The notes below the pieces were generated by a model. That model saw nothing but the letters and a program-made list of their open reading frames with translations. It was not told the DNA's origin and did no database searches. Below, one piece after another: positions 57,391 through 64,000 of a stretch of 64,000 bases of DNA. Source of the DNA: a virus (lineage: Duplodnaviria; Caudoviricetes); IMG/VR virus record IMGVR_UViG_3300037440_000315, positions 1 through 64,000 of that record, one strand, 5' to 3'. Within the stretch, counting starts at the first letter, position 1, and the number at the start of each line of letters is the position of its first letter. Position numbers and translations under genes: made by a program.

Positions 57391-58203
57391 CTAAGTCCAC
57401 GTACCAAATCTGCGTTTCTGATCTGGATGGCTGTGGAGCGAGACCCCCTGCCATTGCTTTCTTGGGTAATACCTCTCAAGCCATGGGTTGGCTTCTCGTA
57501 CAACGGGATTTTCCGGCTTGCCTTCACTACCAGGCGTGGTAACGAGCTTGGCATTGTCCGGCAGATCGCCCCAGATGCCTGTCTCGGGCTCGCCTGGGCG
57601 GGCTATGCGGTAGATGCCGTGGGAGGCGTCGAAGTAAGGCATGTGCGGACCCAGATAGCTCGACAGCCAAGTCTGATCATCCTTCAATACAGGGTGAGCA
57701 GGTTGCTCGGCAACATGTGCAACATATTCGGTCCATGTCCAATCAGCGCTTCCGCACCTATGCAGCACGAACGATCCATTGTAATATGGCCTCTGCGGGA
57801 CAGACGGATTATCCCACGGCACCCGCGCCGGATTGCGCCAGAGCACGATAGGCTCATCTCGCATCACGACGTCATCGAAATTGCGGATGACGAGCGTGTC
57901 GAGATCCATCTGAAACACGCGGTCCACGCCGAAAATCTCACGGCCATTCGGATGGAACGTCATCAGCCGGCAAACGCAGTGCCCGGCATCCATCGGGATC
58001 GTGTCGTCGATCGGGATTGCCCGTATCTCTGTATCGCCGTCAAACGCTTCAGGACGGTCCGTAACGCAGATGAAGCTGTGCGGCACCGTCAGATTGGCTT
58101 TCACCGCTCTCGCAAGCTTCCTGACGTCTTCAGGCGTATAGGGAGCAGCAAGCTTGCTGTTGGCGTCGGGACTCCACAGGTACGTGATAACCGCAAGGCT
58201 CAC
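57391..58203 (-). CDS. GT-A-type glycosyltransferase (paralog 2)
   Basis: FICVTD, CRLMTF, FQMDLDTLV, LWRNP.RVP, DDQ.WLS, LPDNAK. Confidence 0.8.
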   Translation of the reverse strand: MSLAVITYLWSPDANSKLAAPYTPEDVRKLARAVKANLTVPHSFICVTDRPEAFDGDTEIRAIPIDDTIPMDAGHCVCRLMTFHPNGREIFGVDRVFQMDLDTLVIRNFDDVVMRDEPIVLWRNPARVPWDNPSVPQRPYYNGSFVLHRCGSADWTWTEYVAHVAEQPAHPVLKDDQTWLSSYLGPHMPYFDASHGIYRIARPGEPETGIWGDLPDNAKLVTTPGSEGKPENPVVREANPWLERYYPRKQWQGVSLHSHPDQKRRFGTWT

Positions 58204-59060
58204 TGCCGATTCTCCCCGATCAGGATTTCATTCTCATCCATAAGGATGGTGAAACCTGCCTGTTCAAGGATGGTTCGGCATTCAGGACCGGGACATTTGC
58301 CGTTACGCTCGGGACCAACGCGGATGCTGACATAGCGGGTGCGTTTCAGGGTCTCGGTGGCGCCGAGGAGCACTTCAGGTTCTGCGCCTTCGGCATCGCC
58401 GACGATCAAAGAGATCAGCGAGTCTCGATCGTAAGGCGCAAGCATATCGATGCGGCGTGATGCAACGCTGATTACGTCATCAGACGCATTGATCGCCGAC
58501 GTATCGCCCTTCTCGGTTGCGATATACAAATCAATGTTGCCGTCTTCACGCCACGCAACGACTGGAGCAATATCGATTCTGCGCCCCTGTGCATTTGCAC
58601 TCAGCGCCGGTAAAACATTAGGATCAGGCTCGATCGCCAACACACTTGCGCCCTTGCGATTGAGCGCGAGCGCAACTTCACCGATATTGGCTCCAAAATT
58701 GATGACGCGATCGCCGTCCGAAACTTCGATCAGCCCGTTGCCGAGATAGTCCCGCAGAAGAACGTTGAATCGGTGGTCTACGCCGCGGTAAAGATAATGG
58801 CAAATGCGCCAGTTGTTCGCGCAAGCGATCCGGTCCTTGCCGTCATGGAACCAGATGATGCCGGCTGCCGGATCTTGCCCGATGCAATATACGCCTTCGT
58901 CTTTAGCCAGCGTTTCATTGCGCCAATGGACGCGGTGAACGACTTTGACGCCGGTCTCCGGGAACCAGCCGTCATTGCGGAAAGGCTGCGGTGACGTTTC
59001 GTGCAGGATGCTGACCGTCAGATGACGGGTTTCCGGTTTATACACTAGCAATGGCTGCAT
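58200..59060 (-). CDS. FkbM-family methyltransferase (paralog 2)
   Basis: VINFGANIGE, AIEPD, RRID, IVGDAEGAEPEVL.GA. Confidence 0.85.
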   Translation of the reverse strand: MQPLLVYKPETRHLTVSILHETSPQPFRNDGWFPETGVKVVHRVHWRNETLAKDEGVYCIGQDPAAGIIWFHDGKDRIACANNWRICHYLYRGVDHRFNVLLRDYLGNGLIEVSDGDRVINFGANIGEVALALNRKGASVLAIEPDPNVLPALSANAQGRRIDIAPVVAWREDGNIDLYIATEKGDTSAINASDDVISVASRRIDMLAPYDRDSLISLIVGDAEGAEPEVLLGATETLKRTRYVSIRVGPERNGKCPGPECRTILEQAGFTILMDENEILIGENRQ

Positions 59061-59803
59061 CAGCTATTCCTCGACTTGGCGATCAGGGTGCAGAACCCTT
59101 GATCGCCACGATGAATGATGTCGAAACCAGCCGCGTGCAAGATGATCTCACAAGCTTCCATAGTCCGCTCACCATCACGTTCGGCACTGGCGCAAAGGCT
59201 GACATAATCGGTGATCTTGAGTGTTTCCGCAGCGCCTTCCAGAACTTCTGGCTCCGCGCCCTCGGCATCGCCGACGATCAGGCGAACATGGTCAATTTCA
59301 TACTCACGGGCGAGCGTATCGATCCGGCGCGCCGGGAAAGTCATGCGACCCTCTATGCGCTTTTGAGCGGGCTGAAATACCGACGTATCGCCGCTTGCCG
59401 TCGCCAGATACATTTCGAGTTCGCCGTCCTGTTTCCAGGCTGCGACTGGCTCGACCCAAATATTGCGCCCATCAGCGTTCGCCTTCAGAGCCGGGAGAAC
59501 ATGACTGTCCGGCTCAATCGCGAGAACCTTGGCCCCCCGCCATTCAAGGCAGACCGCGACTTCGCCGATGTTAGCGCCGATGTTGATGACGCAATCGTCA
59601 GGACTTATCGAAACCCTGCCCTGAAGGTAGCGATAAGTCAGCCCTACAAGGCGGTGGCGAATGCCATGGCGAAAGAACCGTTGACCACGCTCCGGTACGG
59701 CGACAGCCATGCGGTTGACGCCATCCTCAAACCAGAAAACCGATCCTTCGAACCAGAAAACCGGTCCGTCGCTTGCGTCAAGATGTGGCTGTAATTGCTG
59801 CAT
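59060..59803 (-). CDS. FkbM-family methyltransferase (paralog 1)
   Basis: VINIGANIGE, AIEPD, RRIDT, IVGDAEGAEPEVLEGA. Confidence 0.85.
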   Translation of the reverse strand: MQQLQPHLDASDGPVFWFEGSVFWFEDGVNRMAVAVPERGQRFFRHGIRHRLVGLTYRYLQGRVSISPDDCVINIGANIGEVAVCLEWRGAKVLAIEPDSHVLPALKANADGRNIWVEPVAAWKQDGELEMYLATASGDTSVFQPAQKRIEGRMTFPARRIDTLAREYEIDHVRLIVGDAEGAEPEVLEGAAETLKITDYVSLCASAERDGERTMEACEIILHAAGFDIIHRGDQGFCTLIAKSRNS

Positions 59804-60338
59804 CGGCCGTTAAACCTGCATTATAACGCTTTCTAAACTCAGAGCATGCTGCTTTAATATCGCCTTGAGCGCCTATGCGTTCGCAAAACTCGGGGAACTG
59901 CCGCACGGCTGCATCGATATCAATGCACATGTGCTCTTTGTCGCGCAGGTAATGTTTGATATTTTCATTCATCACGCCAATCATATCCAGCATTGTTAAG
60001 TCCAGGTCAGCTCTGGGCTTCCCAAGCATGCCGACCCAGAATCCTCCCATGCCCTGCCCATGTCGATCAAACTTGTTGACATAGCTGCCAGCGACCAGTT
60101 CTGGACTGCGCGTCAAATGCACATAGAACGCTTTCTTGCCGTACAGATTCTCCAGTGGTCCAAGATACCACGTGAGACGAAAGTCAACCTCAATATGCCG
60201 ATCCGGAAAAGCTAACCTTTCGTCGGCAAAATGCCGATATTTGCTCTCATGCCCGGTCGTATAATTCGACAGATGCTCACAAGCTTTCGAGAACGTCACT
60301 GAGCCGCACCGTCCGGTGCAAAGGACAAAAATGTTCAA
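59778..60338 (-). CDS. Sulfotransferase-like protein
   Basis: IFVLCTGRCGS (5'-PSB-like loop) and YVHLTR....AGSY (3'-PB-like); TTG start with GGAGG RBS. Confidence 0.6.
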   Translation of the reverse strand: MNIFVLCTGRCGSVTFSKACEHLSNYTTGHESKYRHFADERLAFPDRHIEVDFRLTWYLGPLENLYGKKAFYVHLTRSPELVAGSYVNKFDRHGQGMGGFWVGMLGKPRADLDLTMLDMIGVMNENIKHYLRDKEHMCIDIDAAVRQFPEFCERIGAQGDIKAACSEFRKRYNAGLTADAAITATS

Positions 60339-61108
60339 ACTACCTCCGATGCCGGTGCGCCAAGCCTTTCGCCGTCGCGACCCGTATGCGGAAAATGCTC
60401 CCTTATCCAAGGATTTCTCTGTTGAATCTCAGCCTGCCATGCCTTGCGCTGGTCGCCGGGCGTGAAGACGATCTTGGCGTTCTCAGGCAAGTCGCCGTCG
60501 ACACCGCTGCCTGGAACGTAAGGAATGGCCAGACGATAAACGCCGTCTCGCTCGCCATCCCAGTACGGCATGTCGGGTCCGAGCGCGTCGGAGATCAGCC
60601 ACTGGTCATCCTTGGCCTGTTTCGGCGTCACGTCAGGATCGAATTCCGTATAGAAATGCTCCAGCGTCCCGGTCTTGTAGAGGAACATCGACAGATTGTA
60701 CCAGCATGGGCCGCCCGGCTGATTGTAGGGCACGCGCCGGGGATTGCGCCAGAGCACCATATCCTCGTCGCGATCGACGATGGAATCCATGTTGCGGACG
60801 ATCAGCATGTCGATGTCCACCTGCAGGATGCGCTCGCCGAACAGATCCTTTGCCTGCGGGCTGAAGGTCATCAGGCGGCAATAGCAGCGACCGGGGATGT
60901 GCGTGGTCATGTCAAGTTCGACGGCGCGGATCTTCGGCTCGTTGGCAAACAAATCCGTCCGGTTTGTGATGCAGACGAATTCATGCGGGACAGTCAGATG
61001 CTTTTCGAACATCGCCTGCAGGATGCGTGCGTCGTCAAGACCATAGATGTATTTGTCGTTGTGCTTGCCGTTCGGCTCTTGCCAAGCGTAAGTGACTACG
61101 GATAACAT
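60335..61108 (-). CDS. GT-A-type glycosyltransferase (paralog 1)
   Basis: FVCITN, CRLMTF, LQVDIDMLIV, LWRNP.RVP, DDQW.IS, LPENAKIV..PG. Confidence 0.8.
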   Translation of the reverse strand: MLSVVTYAWQEPNGKHNDKYIYGLDDARILQAMFEKHLTVPHEFVCITNRTDLFANEPKIRAVELDMTTHIPGRCYCRLMTFSPQAKDLFGERILQVDIDMLIVRNMDSIVDRDEDMVLWRNPRRVPYNQPGGPCWYNLSMFLYKTGTLEHFYTEFDPDVTPKQAKDDQWLISDALGPDMPYWDGERDGVYRLAIPYVPGSGVDGDLPENAKIVFTPGDQRKAWQAEIQQRNPWIREHFPHTGRDGERLGAPASEVV

Positions 61109-61166
61109 GCGTCAGATTCCTTCGCTCATGATGACAACACTTGTTTGCAAAAGTTCGGCAGCAAAC

Positions 61167-62324
61167 TCAAGCGCATTCCCAGATTTCAGGCTGATTTTGC
61201 CCAACTATCTGCTTCTCGAAACAGGAAAGCGCGCGGGCGACCGCCTGATCCATGTTGTAATAGCTGTAGTCGGCGAGCCGCCCGGCAAAAATGACATCAG
61301 ACCGCCGCGCCGCCATCACTTCGTATTTCCGGAACACGCCGCGGTTTTCTTCCCGTGGAACCGGATAGTAAGGTTCGTTGACGCCAGGCCGATAGTCTTC
61401 CGGGTATTCAAAAACCTGCGTCGTAAAGTCGACGTCGTCCTGGCCGGTCAGCCAGCGGAATTCGGTCGATCGTGTGTACGGATGCATTGCGGCCGGCGTC
61501 GGGTAGTTCTCGACTGCGCTCCCTTGGACCGGCTTGTCCGACGGCCTGGATATGAACTCGAACCGGATGCTGCGATAAGGCAGCGCCCCGTGTTCATAGC
61601 CGAAAAATTCGTCGATCGGACCTGTGTAGATTATCCGCTCGAATTCTTCGCTTCCGTCGATTTCGCCGAAGCTTGCGCCTGTCTGGACTTCAATGAGCGG
61701 ATGATCCAGCATTCGCGCAAAGAGCGCCGCATAGCCATCGCGCGGCATGATCTGGAACCGGTCCTGAAAATACCGGTCATCTCGGGACAGATGCACCGGA
61801 ACCCTTGCCGAGACCGAGGCGTCAAGATCTTCCGGCCGGACGCCCCATTGTTTGACCGTATAGTGCAGGAAGACTTTTTCGTAGACGAGATCGGCAATCT
61901 GCCGGGTCTCCTGCGAAGATGACTCCCGCATCTTGAGGATCGGAACCTTGCTTTCAGCTCCGAATTCGCCGATGAGACATTCATTCAGATGCGGCGCCTG
62001 CTGGCCGAACACCATCTCCATCGACGTGAGATTGAACGGCAGCGGTACGAACTGGCCGTCGACCCAGCCCGTCACCCGGTGCTCGTAGGGCCGCCACTCG
62101 GCGAACTGGCTCAGATACTCAACGATCCTCGGCGAATTGGTATGGAAGATATGCGGTCCATAGCGATGGACGAGAACGCCATGCTCATCGTGATGGTCAT
62201 AGGCATTGCCGCCGGTGTGATCCCGCCGGTCGATGACCAGAACGCGCCGCCCGAGTTGAGACGCGATCCGCTCCGCTATCGTCGCGCCAGTGAAGCCAGC
62301 CCCGACAACCAGAAAGCGCCGCAT
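61167..62324 (-). CDS. glf: UDP-galactopyranose mutase
   Basis: VVGAGFTG (FAD), GGNAYD, HRYGPHIFHTN, YT.KQWG, YF.DRFQ.MP, EPYYP, GRLADYSYYNMDQ. Confidence 0.95.
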   Translation of the reverse strand: MRRFLVVGAGFTGATIAERIASQLGRRVLVIDRRDHTGGNAYDHHDEHGVLVHRYGPHIFHTNSPRIVEYLSQFAEWRPYEHRVTGWVDGQFVPLPFNLTSMEMVFGQQAPHLNECLIGEFGAESKVPILKMRESSSQETRQIADLVYEKVFLHYTVKQWGVRPEDLDASVSARVPVHLSRDDRYFQDRFQIMPRDGYAALFARMLDHPLIEVQTGASFGEIDGSEEFERIIYTGPIDEFFGYEHGALPYRSIRFEFISRPSDKPVQGSAVENYPTPAAMHPYTRSTEFRWLTGQDDVDFTTQVFEYPEDYRPGVNEPYYPVPREENRGVFRKYEVMAARRSDVIFAGRLADYSYYNMDQAVARALSCFEKQIVGQNQPEIWECA

Positions 62325-62338
62325 TCTTTCAGTCCCGA

Positions 62339-63016
62339 TCAGAACACTTCCGGATCGTCATGAAGCAGCATGCTTTCCGGCGCCACCTTGACCTTGATGC
62401 CGCGCCGGATCGCCTCTTCAAGAAAATACTGCGTCGATGGACGCTGCAACTGATACTCGTGTTTGTCGCCTCTTTGCAAGATGCCGTATAATGCAATCTC
62501 GGGGATACCCTGCTTCTCGCATTCCGTGATCGCGAGCGCCAGCATGAAGGCGATCGAGGATTTGAACTGCGAACGATGGAACTTGCCCGGCGTGAACTCG
62601 ATTTTGCCGTCCTTGCGGATGACCTTGCGACCGCGCATTTCTTCATCCGGGTACGGCACGGCAGTAGGAAACAGCGGCGTGCCGTTCTCCATCCGCATCC
62701 GCATCGCGATCAGATCGCGCATGTAGACGACGGGAATGTTTTTCAGCCAGTCGTAATAGGCGTATGGCAGGGTCTTATCGAATGCGGGCGTATGGCAGAC
62801 AAACCACCCGTCAGCCCGTGGGATGGCTTGTGCGTGCTCTGCATGGCCATAGGGTGAGTTGTCCGGGGAGCAGGCCCAGATCCGCCAGTCCTTGTTTGCG
62901 AACGGCGCTGTCTTGACAGTGACAGGATGGCTTCCGCATATGGCTATCCCCTGCACGGAAACGGCCGGGACGATTGTCTCGTCACCGGCCGGCAGATCGG
63001 TTACTTTTTGAAGCAT
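62339..63016 (-). CDS. Putative glycosyltransferase of MAF/GT29-like Rossmann fold
   Basis: IAICGS, IW.CS, SSIAFMLALAI...EIALYGI, EY..QR...Y.....RRGIKV pattern; fold assignment is inference. Confidence 0.45.
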   Translation of the reverse strand: MLQKVTDLPAGDETIVPAVSVQGIAICGSHPVTVKTAPFANKDWRIWACSPDNSPYGHAEHAQAIPRADGWFVCHTPAFDKTLPYAYYDWLKNIPVVYMRDLIAMRMRMENGTPLFPTAVPYPDEEMRGRKVIRKDGKIEFTPGKFHRSQFKSSIAFMLALAITECEKQGIPEIALYGILQRGDKHEYQLQRPSTQYFLEEAIRRGIKVKVAPESMLLHDDPEVF

Positions 63017-63030
63017 TACTATCCCTTGGC

Positions 63031-63885
63031 TTAATCGCCCGTGTCACGCGAGGCGGAAACATTGATCCAATCCAGATCAACATTCACCGCATTGGATTCG
63101 GATTTGAACGCAGCAACGACGGGAACCATTGCGCGAGCAGCCGGGACCGGATTGGAAAGCGAGCCCTTGAGAATACCGCCCTGGTAAAAATACGCTATAT
63201 CGCCATCTTCACCAGCGCCGGTGTCGCCGAAGACGATCTCCAGAACTTCGTAGACATTATCGGTCGGCGTAGCGCCAGCAACCGGCGTAGCGACGGTATC
63301 GGCGTTGACCGCCACGCCGCGCCATGCCGTCGAAGGCGAGCCAGCGCCGCCGGCGTACAGGAACCCAACCGCGCTGCTCGACAATGCAACCGGAACGCCG
63401 GCATCGTCACCAGTGTCATACATCGGCATCTGGCTCGCGCCTGTGTCGGCAAAGCCGGCGAACACATTGGCCCCGGTCAGATCATCGATCTTGATCCTTG
63501 CCGCAAAGCGAAGATTGCCCTGCTTGGCCTTCCACTGCGGGAACAGTCCGGTATTGATGAGCCCGTGGTTTAATGGAATCGGAGCCGAGTTAGCCACGAA
63601 AGCAAGCCGGAAGATGCCGTTCGTGCCCGCCGCGACTACGCCGCTGATATCGGCCGCGCCGGTGTCGTTCTCAGCGAAGTTCCAGCTATCATCGACGAGA
63701 TCGCCGAGGAAGTCGTCAAAGACCGCCGGGCGCGCCGGATTGCCGGGGAGAACGATGTTGCCGCCCTTGTTGCCGATCGATTTCTGGCCGCCGGCGACAA
63801 AGCCGCCCCTTGCCACCAGAGCGTTTTCGTTCGTATCATAAACATCCTGTCCGTGGATGCTATGGCGTTTTGTAAGTCTAGCCAT
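63031..63885 (-). CDS. Beta-rich putative virion protein; 5 DTG
   Basis: FDDFLGD N-terminal motif, beta-sandwich-like composition, ..VDLDWINV C-terminus; first visible gene of the modification cluster. Confidence 0.7.
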   Translation of the reverse strand: MARLTKRHSIHGQDVYDTNENALVARGGFVAGGQKSIGNKGGNIVLPGNPARPAVFDDFLGDLVDDSWNFAENDTGAADISGVVAAGTNGIFRLAFVANSAPIPLNHGLINTGLFPQWKAKQGNLRFAARIKIDDLTGANVFAGFADTGASQMPMYDTGDDAGVPVALSSSAVGFLYAGGAGSPSTAWRGVAVNADTVATPVAGATPTDNVYEVLEIVFGDTGAGEDGDIAYFYQGGILKGSLSNPVPAARAMVPVVAAFKSESNAVNVDLDWINVSASRDTGD

Positions 63886-64000
63886 TGGTTTGTAGCCTCT
63901 GCTTATGGTTTTGGATTACTGAGGGTAGAAAACGCCAACTGTCGGCCCGGGCGAGCCGAATTCTGCTTCATGGGCGGGGCCAGACGGGCCGCCTGCTTCC

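Larger units (their letters stand above)
1..64000. mobile_element. Temperate podovirus-like phage genome segment (T7/P22-like tail tubular architecture, integrase, CI/Cro switch)
   Basis: Repressor, integrase, att core, recombination, lysis, head, tail and terminase modules are all present. No host housekeeping genes at either end. Confidence 0.95.

Noticed and set aside
53526-63016. O-antigen seroconversion (gtrABC-type) cassette or host LPS locus
   Set aside because: No membrane flippase, bactoprenol GT or polymerase; the cluster is embedded in the late operon with an HNH and phage ORFs.
1-64000. Diversity-generating retroelement, retron or CRISPR array
   Set aside because: No reverse transcriptase motif, TR/VR pair, cas gene or regularly spaced repeat array was seen.

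Overview
The window is almost entirely one temperate podovirus-like phage, probably of an alphaproteobacterial (Hyphomicrobiales-like) host. The host assignment is inferred from an Omp25/RopB-type gene and a tRNA-Gly(GCC) att core. From left to right it contains: (1) a leftward early operon (membrane proteins, Omp, adenine MTase, Cro-like); (2) a CI repressor with three 17-bp operators; (3) a rightward early operon (RecT-like, NinB-like, Lar-like, HNH, Xis-like, tyrosine integrase); (4) an att core made of the 3' half of tRNA-Gly, with phage genes on both sides (attP-like); (5) accessory morons; (6) a minus-strand late region with lysis genes, tail/fibre proteins, a 3446-aa polyvalent ejection protein, an SLT protein, tail tubular A/B, capsid, scaffold, portal and terminases; (7) a ~10-kb modification cluster encoding UDP-galactopyranose mutase, three paralogous DxD glycosyltransferases, two FkbM methyltransferases, a further SAM methyltransferase, a sulfotransferase-like protein, a P-loop kinase and a ParB-like protein. 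The main observation is that five predicted virion proteins carry 36 copies of the tripeptide D-T-G (manual count, about 2190 aa), written with varied codons. The capsid, portal and internal proteins have almost none. I infer a phage-encoded virion O-glycosylation system that uses a D-(T/S)-G sequon. All family assignments come from motif recognition only; no database searches were run.
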